Origin: Eledone cirrhosa | Taxonomy: Eukaryota | Length of the DNA stretch: 64,000 nucleotides | Reading direction: 5' to 3' | Assembly: GCA_964016885.1 (NCBI GenBank) | Contig: OZ024741.1 | Coordinates: forward strand, 256,122,001 to 256,186,000 | Shown here: positions 11,782 to 25,487 of the stretch, piece after piece | How the letters are laid out: every line of letters begins with the position of its first letter | Numbering within the stretch: the stretch's first letter is position 1 | The notes under the pieces: model-generated | Told to the model about the DNA's origin: nothing | Databases searched by the model: none | The model's input: the letters and a program-made list of their open reading frames with translations, nothing else | Program-made: the position numbers and the translations under genes

Positions 11782-12528
11782 GTTTCGCTTTACGAGTGTT
11801 TCGACTTACGAGTGTTTCGACATACGAGTCTTTCGACTTACGAATGTTTTTGCTTACGGGTGTTTCGACTTACGAATGTTTTTGCTTACGAGTGTTTCGG
11901 TTTACGAGTGTTCCGACTTACGAGTGTTCCGACTTACGAGTGTCTCGGCTTACGAGTGTTTCCGGCTTACGAGTGTTTCAACTTACGAGTGTTCTGACTT
12001 ACGAGTGTTCTGATTTACGGATGTTTCGACACACGAGTGTTTCGAATTACGAGTGTTTCGACTTACGAGTGTTTTGACTTACGGGTGTTTTGACATACGA
12101 GTGTTTCGATACGAGTGTTTCGACTTACGAGTGTTCTGACTTACGAGTGTTCTGACTTACGAGTGTTCTTACTTACGAGTGTTCCGACTTACGAGTGTTC
12201 CGACTTACGAGTGTTTCGGCATACGAGTGTTTCGGCTTACGAGTGTTTCGACTTACGAATGTTTCGACTTACGAGTGTTCCGACTTACGGGTGTTTCGAC
12301 TTACGAGTGTTTTGGCTTACGGTGTTTCGGCTTACGAGTGTTTCGAGTTACGAGTGTTTTGACTTACACGTGTTTTGACATACGAGTGTTTCGATACGAG
12401 TGTTCTGACTTACGAGTGTTCTGACTTACGAGTGTTCTGACTTACGAGTGTTCTGACTTACGAGTGTTCCGACTTTACGAGTGTTTCGGCTCACGAGTGT
12501 TTCGGCTTACGAGTGTTTCGACTTACGA

Positions 12529-12597
12529 AAATAACAAATAGACGCGGTTTCAAATCTCTATGCTTTTCAAATTCATTACATTAATCTTTATTTATAT
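12529..12597 (+). repeat. 69-bp AT-rich insert, copy 10
   Basis: Terminal C>T at 12597, as in copy 8. Confidence 0.95.
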
Positions 12598-14405
12598 GTT
12601 TCGCTTTACGAGTGTTTCGACTTACGAGTGTTTCGACATACGAGTGTTTCGGCTTACGAGTGTTTTGATTTACGAGTGTTTTGACTTACGGGTGCTTCGA
12701 CTTACGCGTGTTTCGACTTACGAGTGTTTCGACTTACGAGTGTTTCGACTTACGAGTGTTTCGGCTTACGAGTGTTTTGACTTACGAAGTTTTGACTTAC
12801 GATTGTTTCAGCTTACGAGTGTTTCGACTTACGAGTGTTCTGACTACGAGTGTTCTGATTTACGGGTGTTCTGACTTACGAGTGTTCCGACTTACGAGTG
12901 TTTCGGCTTATGAGTGTTTCGACTTACGAGTGCTTCGACTTACGAGTGTTTCGGCTTACGGGTGTTTCGACTTACGAATGTTTTTGCTTACGAGTGTTTC
13001 GGCTTACGAGTGTTTCGGCTTATGAGTGTTTCGACTTACGAGTGTTTTGACTTACGGGTGTTTTGACATACGAGTGTTTCGATACGATTGTTCTGACTTA
13101 CGAGTGTTTCCGGTTACGAGTGTTTCGGCTTACGAGTATTTCGACTTACTAATGTTTTTACTTACGAGTGTTTCGGTGTACGAGTGTTTCGACTTAAGGA
13201 TGTTTCGACTTACGAGTGTTTCGACTTACGAGTGTTTCGACTTACGAGTGTTTTGGCTTACGAATGTTTTGACTTACGGGTGTTTCGACTTACGAGTGTT
13301 TCGGCTTATGAGTGTTTCGACTTACGGGCGTTTCGACTTACGGGTGTTTCGACTTACGAGTGTTTTGGCTTACGAATGTTTTGACTTACGGGTGTTTCGA
13401 CTTACGAGTGTTTCGACTTATGAGTGTTTCGACTTACGAGTGTTTCGGCTTATGAGTGTTTCGACTTACGAGTGCTTCGGCTTACGAGTGTTTCGACTTA
13501 CGAGTATTTCGGCTTAACAGTGTTTCGACGTACGAATGTTTTGGCTTACGAGTGTTTCGGCTTATGAGTGTTTCGGCTTACGAGTGTTTCGGCTTACGAG
13601 TGTTTCAGTGTTTCGGCTTACGTGTGTTTCGACTTACGAGTGTTTCGACTTACGACTGTTTCGGCTTACGAGTGTTTCGGCTTACGAGTGTTTCGGCTTA
13701 CGAGTGTTTTGACTTACGATTGTTTGGCTTACGAGTGTTCTGACTTACGGGTGTTCTGACTTACGGGTGTTCCGACTTACGAGTGTTTCGGCTTATGAGG
13801 GTTTCGACTTACGAGTGTTTCGACTTACGAGTGTTTCGGCTTACGAGTGTTTCGACTTACGAGTGTTCTGACTTACGACTGTTTCGGCTTACGAGTGTTT
13901 CGGCTTACGAGTGTTTCGGCTTACGAGTGTTTTGACTTACGATTGTTTGGCTTACGAGTGTTCTGACTTACGGGTGTTCTGACTTACGGGTGTTCCGACT
14001 TACGAGTGTTACGGCTTATGAGGGTTTCGAATTACGAGTGTTTCGACTTACGAGTGTTTCGGCTTACGAGTGTTTCGACTTACGAGTGTTCTGACTTACG
14101 AGTGTTCTGACTTACGAGTGTTCTTACTTACGAGTGTTCCGACTTACGAGTGTTCCGACTTACGAGTGTTTCGGCTTACGAGTGTTTCGGCTTACGAGTG
14201 TTTCGACTTACGAATGTTTCGACTTACGAGTGTTCCGACTTACGGGTGTTTCGACTTACGAGTGTTTTGGCTTACGGTGTTTCGGCTTACGAGTGTTTCG
14301 AGTTACGAGTGTTTTGACTTACACGTGTTTTGACATACGAGTGTTTCGACTTTACGAGTGTTTCGGCTCACGATTGTTTCGACTTACGAGTGTTTCGACT
14401 TACGA

Positions 14406-14474
14406 AAATAACAAATAGACGCGGTTTCAAATCTCTATGCTTTTCAAATTCATTACATTAATCTTTATTTATAC
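14406..14474 (+). repeat. 69-bp AT-rich insert, copy 11
   Basis: Same sequence as 349-417. Confidence 0.95.
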
Positions 14475-16027
14475 GTTTCGCTTTACGAGTGTTTCGACTT
14501 ACGAGTGTTTCGACATACGAGTGTTTCGGCTTACGAGTGTTTTGATTTACGAGTGTTTTGACTTACGGGTGCTTCGACTTACGCGTGTTTTGACTTACGA
14601 GTGTTTCGACTTACGAGTGTTTCGACTTACGAGTGTTTCGGCTTACGAGTGTTTTGACTTACGAATGTTTTGACTTACGATTGTTTCGGCTTACGGGTGT
14701 TTCGACTTACGAATGTTTTTGCTTACGAGTGTTTCGGCTTACGAGTGTTTCGGCTTATGAGTGTTTCGAATTACGAGTGTTTTGACTTACGGGTGTTTTG
14801 ACATACGAGTGTTTCGATACGATTGTTCTGACTTACGAGTGTTTCCGCTTACGAGTGTTTCGGCTTACGAGTGTTTCGACTTACTAATGTTTTTACTTAC
14901 GAGTGTTTCGGTGTACGAGTGTTTCGACTTAAGGATGTTTCGACTTACGAGTGTTTCGACTTACGAGTGTTTCGACTTACGAGTGTTTCGACTTACGAGT
15001 GTTTTGGCTTACGAATGTTTTGACTTACGGGTGTTTCGACTTACGAGTGTTTCGGCTTATGAGTGTTTCGACTTACGGGCGTTTCGACTTACGAGTGTTT
15101 CGACTTACGAGTGTTTTGGCTTACGAATGTTTTGACTTACGGGTGTTTCGACTTACGAGTGTTTCGACTTATGAGTGTTTCGACTTACGAGTGTTTCGGC
15201 TTATGAGTGTTTCGACTTACGAGTGCTTCGGCTTACGAGTGTTTCGACTTACGAGTATTTCGGCTTACGAGTGTTTCGACGTACGAATGTTTTGGGTTAC
15301 GAGTGTTTCGGCTTATGAGTGTTTCGGCTTACGAGTGTTTCGACTTACGAGTGTTTCGGCTTACGAGTGTTTCAGTGTTTCGGCTTACGTGTGTTTCGAC
15401 TTACGAGTGTTTCGACTTACGACTGTTTCGGCTTACGAGTGTTTCGGCTTACGAGTGTTTCGGCTTACGAGTGTTTTGACTTACGATTGTTTGGCTTACG
15501 AGTGTTCTGACTTACGGGTGTTCTGACTTACGGGTGTTCCGACTTACGAGTGTTTCGGCTTATGAGGGTTTCGACTTACGAGTGTTTCGACTTACGAGTG
15601 TTTCGGCTTACGAGTGTTTCGACTTACGAGTGTTCTGACTTACGAGTGTTCTGACTTACGAGTGTTCTTACTTACGAGTGTTCCGACTTACGAGTGTTCC
15701 GACTTACGAGTGTTTCGGCTTACGAGTGTTTCGGCTTACGAGTGTTTCGACTTACGAATGTTTCGACTTACGAGTGTTCCGACTTACGGGTGTTTCGACT
15801 TACGAGTGTTTTGGCTTACGGTGTTTCGGCTTACGAGTGTTTCGAGTTACGAGTGTTTTGACTTACACGTGTTTTGACATACGAGTGTTTCGATACGAGT
15901 GTTCTGACTTACGAGTGTTCTGACTTACGAGTGTTCTGACTTACGAGTGTTCTGACTTACGAGTGTTCCGACTTTACGAGTGTTTCGGCTCACGAGTGTT
16001 TCGACTTACGAGTGTTTCGACTTACGA

Positions 16028-16096
16028 AAATAACAAATAGACGCGGTTTCAAATCTCTATGCTTTTCAAATTCATTACATTAATCTTTATTTATAC
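16028..16096 (+). repeat. 69-bp AT-rich insert, copy 12
   Basis: Same sequence as 349-417. Confidence 0.95.
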
Positions 16097-17474
16097 GTTT
16101 CGCTTTACGAGTGTTTCGACTTACGAGTGTTTCGACATACGAGTGTTTCGGCTTACGAGTGTTTTGATTTACGAGTGTTTTGACTTACGGGTGCTTCGAC
16201 TTACGCGTGTTTTGACTTACGAGTGTTTCGACTTACGAGTGTTTCGACTTACGAGTGTTTCGGCTTACGAGTGATTTGACTTACGAATGTTTTGACTTAC
16301 GATTGTTTCGGCTTACGAGTGTTTCGACTTACGAGTGTTCTGATTACGAGTGTTCTGACTTACGGGTGTTCTGACTTACGAGTGTTCCGACTTACGAGTG
16401 TTTCGGCTTATGAGTGTTTCGACTTACGAGTGCTTCGACTTACGAGTGTTTCGGCTTACGGGTGTTTCGGCTTATGAGTGTTTCGGCTTATGAGTGTTTC
16501 GACTTACGAGTGTTTTGACTTACGGGCGTTTCGACTTACGAGTGTTTCGACTTACGAGTGTTTTGGCTTACGAATGTTTTGACTTACGGGTGTTTCGACT
16601 TACGAGTGTTTCGACTTATGAGTGTTTCGACTTACGAGTGTTTCGGCTTATGAGTGTTTCGACTTACGAGTGCTTCGGCTTACGAGTGTTTCGACTTACG
16701 AGTATTTCGGCTTACGAGTGTTTCGACGTACGAATGTTTTGGGTTACGAGTGTTTCGGCTTATGAGTGTTTCGGCTTACGAGTGTTTCGACTTACGAGTG
16801 TTTCGGCTTACGAGTGTTTCAGTGTTTCGGCTTACGTGTGTTTCGACTTACGAGTGTTTCGACTTACGACTGTTTCGGCTTACGAGTGTTTCGGCTTACG
16901 AGTGTTTCGGCTTACGAGTGTTTTGACTTACGATTGTTTGGCTTACGAGTGTTCTGACTTACGGGTGTTCTGACTTACGGGTGTTCCGACTTACGAGTGT
17001 TTCGGCTTATGAGGGTTTCGACTTACGAGTGTTTCGACTTACGAGTGTTTCGGCTTACGAGTGTTTCGACTTACGAGTGTTCTGACTTACGAGTGTTCTG
17101 ACTTACGAGTGTTCTTACTTACGAGTGTTCCGACTTACGAGTGTTCCGACTTACGAGTGTTTCGGCTTACGAGTGTTTCGGCTTACGAGTGTTTCGACTT
17201 ACGAATGTTTCGACTTACGAGTGTTCCGACTTACGGGTGTTTCGACTTACGAGTGTTTTGGCTTACGGTGTTTCGGCTTACGAGTGTTTCGAGTTACGAG
17301 TGTTTTGACTTACACGTGTTTTGACATACGAGTGTTTCGATACGAGTGTTCTGACTTACGAGTGTTCTGACTTACGAGTGTTCTGACTTACGAGTGTTCT
17401 GACTTACGAGTGTTCCGACTTTACGAGTGTTTCGGCTCACGAGTGTTTCGACTTACGAGTGTTTCGACTTACGA

Positions 17475-17543
17475 AAATAACAAATAGACGCGGTTTCAAA
17501 TCTCTATGCTTTTCAAATTCATTACATTAATCTTTATTTATAC
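17475..17543 (+). repeat. 69-bp AT-rich insert, copy 13
   Basis: Same sequence as 349-417. Confidence 0.95.
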
Positions 17544-19142
17544 GTTTCGCTTTACGAGTGTTTCGACTTACGAGTGTTTCGACATACGAGTGTTTCGGCT
17601 TACGAGTGTTTTGATTTACGAGTGTTTTGACTTACGGGTGCTTCGACTTACGCGTGTTTTGACTTACGAGTGTTTCGACTTACGAGTGTTTCGACTTACG
17701 AGTGTTTCGGCTTACGAGTGATTTGACTTACGAATGTTTTGACTTACGATTGTTTCGGCTTACGAGTGTTTCGACTTACGAGTGTTCTGATTACGAGTGT
17801 TCTGACTTACGGGTGTTCTGACTTACGAGTGTTCCGACTTACGAGTGTTTCGGCTTATGAGTGTTTCGACTTACGAGTGCTTCGACTTACGAGTGTTTCG
17901 GCTTACGGGTGTTTCGGCTTATGAGTGTTTCGGCTTATGAGTGTTTCGACTTACGAGTGTTTTGACTTACGGATGTTTTGACATACGAGTGTTTCGATAC
18001 GATTGTTCTGACTTACGAGTGTTTCCGCTTACGAGTGTTTCGGCTTACGAGTGTTTCGACTTACTAATGTTTTTACTTACGAGTGTTTCGGTGTACGAGT
18101 GTTTCGACTTAAGGATGTTTCGACTTACGAGTGTTTCGGCTTATGAGTGTTTCGACTTACGAGTGCTTCGGCTTACGAGTGTTTCGACTTACGAGTATTT
18201 CGGCTTACGAGTGTTTCGACGTACGAATGTTTTGGCTTACGAGTGTTTCGGCTTATGAGTGTTTCGGCTTACGAGTGTTTCGACTTACGAGTGTTTCGGC
18301 TTACGAGTGTTTCAGTGTTTCGGCTTACGTGTGTTTCGACTTACGAGTGTTTCGACTTACGACTGTTTCGGCTTACGAGTGTTTCGGCTTACGAGTGTTT
18401 CGGCTTACGAGTGTTTTGACTTACGATTGTTTGGCTTACGAGTGTTCTGACTTACGGGTGTTATGACTTACGAGTGTTCCGACTTACGAGTGTTTCGGCT
18501 TATGAGGGTTTCGACTTACGAGTGCTTCGGTTTACGAGTGTTTCGACTTACGAGTGTTTCGGCTTACGAGTGTTTCGACTTACGAGTGTTTCGACTTACG
18601 AGTGTTTTGACTTACGGTGTTTCGGCTTACGAGTGTTTCGACATACGAGTGTTTTGACGTACGGGTGTTTCGACTTACGGGTCTTTCGACTTAAGAGTGT
18701 TTCGACTTACGAGCGCTTCGACTTACGAGTGTTTCGACTTACGAGTGTTTCGGCGTATGAGTGTTTTGACTTACGAGTGTTTCGACTTACGAGTGTTTCG
18801 ACTTACGAGTGTTTCGAATTACGAGTGTTTCGACTTACGAGTGTTTTGACTTACGAGTGTTTTGACTTACGGTGTTTCTGCTTACGAGTGTTTCGACTTA
18901 CGAGTGTTATGACTTACGGGTGTTTTGACATACGAGTGTTTCGACTTACGAGTGTTTTGACTTACGGGTGTTTTGACATACGAGTGTTTCGATACGAGTG
19001 TTCTGACTTAAGAGTGTTCTGACTTACGAGTGTTCTGACTTACGAGTGTTCTGACTTACGAGTGTTCTGACTTACGAGTGTTCCGACTTTACGAGTGTTT
19101 CGGCTCACGAGTGTTTCGGTTTACGAGTGTTTCGACTTACGA

Positions 19143-19211
19143 AAATAACAAATAGACGCGGTTTCAAATCTCTATGCTTTTCAAATTCATTACATTAATC
19201 TTTATTTATAC
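19143..19211 (+). repeat. 69-bp AT-rich insert, copy 14
   Basis: Same sequence; downstream flank variant CGCTCTACG. Confidence 0.95.
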
Positions 19212-19719
19212 GTTTCGCTCTACGAGTGTTTCGACTTACGAGTGTTTCGACATACGAGTGTTTCGGCTTACGAGTGTTTTGATTTACGAGTGTTTTGACT
19301 TACGGGTGCTTCAACTTACGCGTGTTTCGACTTACGAGTGTTTCGATTTACGAGTGTTTCGACTTACGAGTGTTTCGGCTTACGAATGTTTTGACTTACG
19401 GTGTTTCGGCTTACGAGTGTTTCGACTTACGAGTGTTCTGACTACGAGTGTTCTGACTTACGGGTGTTCTGACTTACGAGTGTTCCGACTTACGGGTGTT
19501 TTGAGTTAGGAGTGTTTTGGCTTACGGTGTTTCGACTTACGAGTGTTTCGAGTTAAGAGTGTTTTTACTTACGAGTGTTCTGATTTACGAGTGTTCTGAC
19601 TTACGAGTGTTCTGACTTACGAGTGTTCTGACTTACGAGTGTTCTGACTTACGAGTGTTCCGACTTTACGAGTGATTCGGGTCACGAGTGTTTCGGCTTA
19701 CGAGTGTTTCGACTTACGA

Positions 19720-19788
19720 AAATAACAAATAGACGCGGTTTCAAATCTCTATGCTTTTCAAATTCATTACATTAATCTTTATTTATAC
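19720..19788 (+). repeat. 69-bp AT-rich insert, copy 15
   Basis: Same sequence as 349-417. Confidence 0.95.
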
Positions 19789-20535
19789 GTTTCGCTTTAC
19801 GAGTGTTTCGACTTACGAGTGTTTCGACATACGAGTCTTTCGACTTACGAATGTTTTTGCTTACGGGTGTTTCGACTTACGAATGTTTTTGCTTACGAGT
19901 GTTTCGGTTTACGAGTGTTCCGACTTACGAGTGTTCCGACTTACGAGTGTCTCGGCTTACGAGTGTTTCCGGCTTACGAGTGTTTCAACTTACGAGTGTT
20001 CTGACTTACGAGTGTTCTGATTTACGGATGTTTCGACACACGAGTGTTTCGAATTACGAGTGTTTCGACTTACGAGTGTTTTGACTTACGGGTGTTTTGA
20101 CATACGAGTGTTTCGATACGAGTGTTTCGACTTACGAGTGTTCTGACTTACGAGTGTTCTGACTTACGAGTGTTCTTACTTACGAGTGTTCCGACTTACG
20201 AGTGTTCCGACTTACGAGTGTTTCGGCATACGAGTGTTTCGGCTTACGAGTGTTTCGACTTACGAATGTTTCGACTTACGAGTGTTCCGACTTACGGGTG
20301 TTTCGACTTACGAGTGTTTTGGCTTACGGTGTTTCGGCTTACGAGTGTTTCGAGTTACGAGTGTTTTGACTTACACGTGTTTTGACATACGAGTGTTTCG
20401 ATACGAGTGTTCTGACTTACGAGTGTTCTGACTTACGAGTGTTCTGACTTACGAGTGTTCTGACTTACGAGTGTTCCGACTTTACGAGTGTTTCGGCTCA
20501 CGAGTGTTTCGGCTTACGAGTGTTTCGACTTACGA

Positions 20536-20604
20536 AAATAACAAATAGACGCGGTTTCAAATCTCTATGCTTTTCAAATTCATTACATTAATCTTTATTT
20601 ATAT
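20536..20604 (+). repeat. 69-bp AT-rich insert, copy 16
   Basis: Terminal C>T at 20604, as in copies 8 and 10. Confidence 0.95.
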
Positions 20605-22349
20605 GTTTCGCTTTACGAGTGTTTCGACTTACGAGTGTTTCGACATACGAGTGTTTCGGCTTACGAGTGTTTTGATTTACGAGTGTTTTGACTTACGGGT
20701 GCTTCGACTTACGCGTGTTTCGACTTACGAGTGTTTCGACTTACGAGTGTTTCGACTTACGAGTGTTTCGGCTTACGAGTGTTTTGACTTACGAAGTTTT
20801 GACTTACGATTGTTTCAGCTTACGAGTGTTTCGACTTACGAGTGTTCTGACTACGAGTGTTCTGATTTACGGGTGTTCTGACTTACGAGTGTTCCGACTT
20901 ACGAGTGTTTCGGCTTATGAGTGTTTCGACTTACGAGTGCTTCGACTTACGAGTGTTTCGGCTTACGGGTGTTTCGACTTACGAATGTTTTTGCTTACGA
21001 GTGTTTCGGCTTACGAGTGTTTCGGCTTATGAGTGTTTCGACTTACGAGTGTTTTGACTTACGGGTGTTTTGACATACGAGTGTTTCGATACGATTGTTC
21101 TGACTTACGAGTGTTTCCGGTTACGAGTGTTTCGGCTTACGAGTATTTCGACTTACTAATGTTTTTACTTACGAGTGTTTCGGTGTACGAGTGTTTCGAC
21201 TTAAGGATGTTTCGACTTACGAGTGTTTCGACTTACGAGTGTTTCGACTTACGAGTGTTTTGGCTTACGAATGTTTTGACTTACGGGTGTTTCGACTTAC
21301 GAGTGTTTCGGCTTATGAGTGTTTCGACTTACGGGCGTTTCGACTTACGGGTGTTTCGACTTACGAGTGTTTTGGCTTACGAATGTTTTGACTTACGGGT
21401 GTTTCGACTTACGAGTGTTTCGACTTATGAGTGTTTCGACTTACGAGTGTTTCGGCTTATGAGTGTTTCGACTTACGAGTGCTTCGGCTTACGAGTGTTT
21501 CGACTTACGAGTATTTCGGCTTAACAGTGTTTCGACGTACGAATGTTTTGGCTTACGAGTGTTTCGGCTTATGAGTGTTTCGGCTTACGAGTGTTTCGGC
21601 TTACGAGTGTTTCAGTGTTTCGGCTTACGTGTGTTTCGACTTACGAGTGTTTCGACTTACGACTGTTTCGGCTTACGAGTGTTTCGGCTTACGAGTGTTT
21701 CGGCTTACGAGTGTTTTGACTTACGATTGTTTGGCTTACGAGTGTTCTGACTTACGGGTGTTCTGACTTACGGGTGTTCCGACTTACGAGTGTTTCGGCT
21801 TATGAGGGTTTCGACTTACGAGTGTTTCGACTTACGAGTGTTTCGGCTTACGAGTGTTTCGACTTACGAGTGTTCTGACTTACGACTGTTTCGGCTTACG
21901 AGTGTTTCGGCTTACGAGTGTTTCGGCTTACGAGTGTTTTGACCTACGATTGTTTGGCTTACGAGTGTTCTGACTTACGGGTGTTCTGACTTACGGGTGT
22001 TCCGACTTACGAGTGTTACGGCTTATGAGGGTTTCGAATTACGAGTGTTTCGACTTACGAGTGTTTCGGCTTACGAGTGTTTCGACTTACGAGTGTTCTG
22101 ACTTACGAGTGTTCTGACTTACGAGTGTTCTTACTTACGAGTGTTCCGACTTACGAGTGTTCCGACTTACGAGTGTTTCGGCTTACGAGTGTTTCGGCTT
22201 ACGAGTGTTTCGACTTACGAATGTTTCGACTTACGAGTGTTCCGACTTACGGGTGTTTCGACTTACACGTGTTTTGACATACGAGTGTTTCGACTTTACG
22301 AGTGTTTCGGCTCACGATTGTTTCGACTTACGAGTGTTTCGACTTACGA

Positions 22350-22418
22350 AAATAACAAATAGACGCGGTTTCAAATCTCTATGCTTTTCAAATTCATTAC
22401 ATTAATCTTTATTTATAC
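22350..22418 (+). repeat. 69-bp AT-rich insert, copy 17
   Basis: Same sequence as 349-417. Confidence 0.95.
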
Positions 22419-23971
22419 GTTTCGCTTTACGAGTGTTTCGACTTACGAGTGTTTCGACATACGAGTGTTTCGGCTTACGAGTGTTTTGATTTACGAGTGT
22501 TTTGACTTACGGGTGCTTCGACTTACGCGTGTTTTGACTTACGAGTGTTTCGACTTACGAGTGTTTCGACTTACGAGTGTTTCGGCTTACGAGTGTTTTG
22601 ACTTACGAATGTTTTGACTTACGATTGTTTCGGCTTACGGGTGTTTCGACTTACGAATGTTTTTGCTTACGAGTGTTTCGGCTTACGAGTGTTTCGGCTT
22701 ATGAGTGTTTCGAATTACGAGTGTTTTGACTTACGGGTGTTTTGACATACGAGTGTTTCGATACGATTGTTCTGACTTACGAGTGTTTCCGCTTACGAGT
22801 GTTTCGGCTTACGAGTGTTTCGACTTACTAATGTTTTTACTTACGAGTGTTTCGGTGTACGAGTGTTTCGACTTAAGGATGTTTCGACTTACGAGTGTTT
22901 CGACTTACGAGTGTTTCGACTTACGAGTGTTTCGACTTACGAGTGTTTTGGCTTACGAATGTTTTGACTTACGGGTGTTTCGACTTACGAGTGTTTCGGC
23001 TTATGAGTGTTTCGACTTACGGGCGTTTCGACTTACGAGTGTTTCGACTTACGAGTGTTTTGGCTTACGAATGTTTTGACTTACGGGTGTTTCGACTTAC
23101 GAGTGTTTCGACTTATGAGTGTTTCGACTTACGAGTGTTTCGGCTTATGAGTGTTTCGACTTACGAGTGCTTCGGCTTACGAGTGTTTCGACTTACGAGT
23201 ATTTCGGCTTACGAGTGTTTCGACGTACGAATGTTTTGGGTTACGAGTGTTTCGGCTTATGAGTGTTTCGGCTTACGAGTGTTTCGACTTACGAGTGTTT
23301 CGGCTTACGAGTGTTTCAGTGTTTCGGCTTACGTGTGTTTCGACTTACGAGTGTTTCGACTTACGACTGTTTCGGCTTACGAGTGTTTCGGCTTACGAGT
23401 GTTTCGGCTTACGAGTGTTTTGACTTACGATTGTTTGGCTTACGAGTGTTCTGACTTACGGGTGTTCTGACTTACGGGTGTTCCGACTTACGAGTGTTTC
23501 GGCTTATGAGGGTTTCGACTTACGAGTGTTTCGACTTACGAGTGTTTCGGCTTACGAGTGTTTCGACTTACGAGTGTTCTGACTTACGAGTGTTCTGACT
23601 TACGAGTGTTCTTACTTACGAGTGTTCCGACTTACGAGTGTTCCGACTTACGAGTGTTTCGGCTTACGAGTGTTTCGGCTTACGAGTGTTTCGACTTACG
23701 AATGTTTCGACTTACGAGTGTTCCGACTTACGGGTGTTTCGACTTACGAGTGTTTTGGCTTACGGTGTTTCGGCTTACGAGTGTTTCGAGTTACGAGTGT
23801 TTTGACTTACACGTGTTTTGACATACGAGTGTTTCGATACGAGTGTTCTGACTTACGAGTGTTCTGACTTACGAGTGTTCTGACTTACGAGTGTTCTGAC
23901 TTACGAGTGTTCCGACTTTACGAGTGTTTCGGCTCACGAGTGTTTCGACTTACGAGTGTTTCGACTTACGA

Positions 23972-24040
23972 AAATAACAAATAGACGCGGTTTCAAATCT
24001 CTATGCTTTTCAAATTCATTACATTAATCTTTATTTATAC
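23972..24040 (+). repeat. 69-bp AT-rich insert, copy 18
   Basis: Same sequence as 349-417. Confidence 0.95.
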
Positions 24041-25418
24041 GTTTCGCTTTACGAGTGTTTCGACTTACGAGTGTTTCGACATACGAGTGTTTCGGCTTAC
24101 GAGTGTTTTGATTTACGAGTGTTTTGACTTACGGGTGCTTCGACTTACGCGTGTTTTGACTTACGAGTGTTTCGACTTACGAGTGTTTCGACTTACGAGT
24201 GTTTCGGCTTACGAGTGATTTGACTTACGAATGTTTTGACTTACGATTGTTTCGGCTTACGAGTGTTTCGACTTACGAGTGTTCTGATTACGAGTGTTCT
24301 GACTTACGGGTGTTCTGACTTACGAGTGTTCCGACTTACGAGTGTTTCGGCTTATGAGTGTTTCGACTTACGAGTGCTTCGACTTACGAGTGTTTCGGCT
24401 TACGGGTGTTTCGGCTTATGAGTGTTTCGGCTTATGAGTGTTTCGACTTACGAGTGTTTTGACTTACGGGCGTTTCGACTTACGAGTGTTTCGACTTACG
24501 AGTGTTTTGGCTTACGAATGTTTTGACTTACGGGTGTTTCGACTTACGAGTGTTTCGACTTATGAGTGTTTCGACTTACGAGTGTTTCGGCTTATGAGTG
24601 TTTCGACTTACGAGTGCTTCGGCTTACGAGTGTTTCGACTTACGAGTATTTCGGCTTACGAGTGTTTCGACGTACGAATGTTTTGGGTTACGAGTGTTTC
24701 GGCTTATGAGTGTTTCGGCTTACGAGTGTTTCGACTTACGAGTGTTTCGGCTTACGAGTGTTTCAGTGTTTCGGCTTACGTGTGTTTCGACTTACGAGTG
24801 TTTCGACTTACGACTGTTTCGGCTTACGAGTGTTTCGGCTTACGAGTGTTTCGGCTTACGAGTGTTTTGACTTACGATTGTTTGGCTTACGAGTGTTCTG
24901 ACTTACGGGTGTTCTGACTTACGGGTGTTCCGACTTACGAGTGTTTCGGCTTATGAGGGTTTCGACTTACGAGTGTTTCGACTTACGAGTGTTTCGGCTT
25001 ACGAGTGTTTCGACTTACGAGTGTTCTGACTTACGAGTGTTCTGACTTACGAGTGTTCTTACTTACGAGTGTTCCGACTTACGAGTGTTCCGACTTACGA
25101 GTGTTTCGGCTTACGAGTGTTTCGGCTTACGAGTGTTTCGACTTACGAATGTTTCGACTTACGAGTGTTCCGACTTACGGGTGTTTCGACTTACGAGTGT
25201 TTTGGCTTACGGTGTTTCGGCTTACGAGTGTTTCGAGTTACGAGTGTTTTGACTTACACGTGTTTTGACATACGAGTGTTTCGATACGAGTGTTCTGACT
25301 TACGAGTGTTCTGACTTACGAGTGTTCTGACTTACGAGTGTTCTGACTTACGAGTGTTCCGACTTTACGAGTGTTTCGGCTCACGAGTGTTTCGACTTAC
25401 GAGTGTTTCGACTTACGA

Positions 25419-25487
25419 AAATAACAAATAGACGCGGTTTCAAATCTCTATGCTTTTCAAATTCATTACATTAATCTTTATTTATAC
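25419..25487 (+). repeat. 69-bp AT-rich insert, copy 19
   Basis: Same sequence as 349-417. Confidence 0.95.

Larger units (their letters stand above)
8000..13060 (+). repeat. Tandem duplication of a 2,533-bp higher-order block (boundaries approximate)
   Basis: Identical ORF-track entries at constant offset 2533: 8040/10573, 8573/11106, 9211/11744, 10027/12560. Rare markers ATGAAGG and TTACCAG are shared. Confidence 0.88.
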
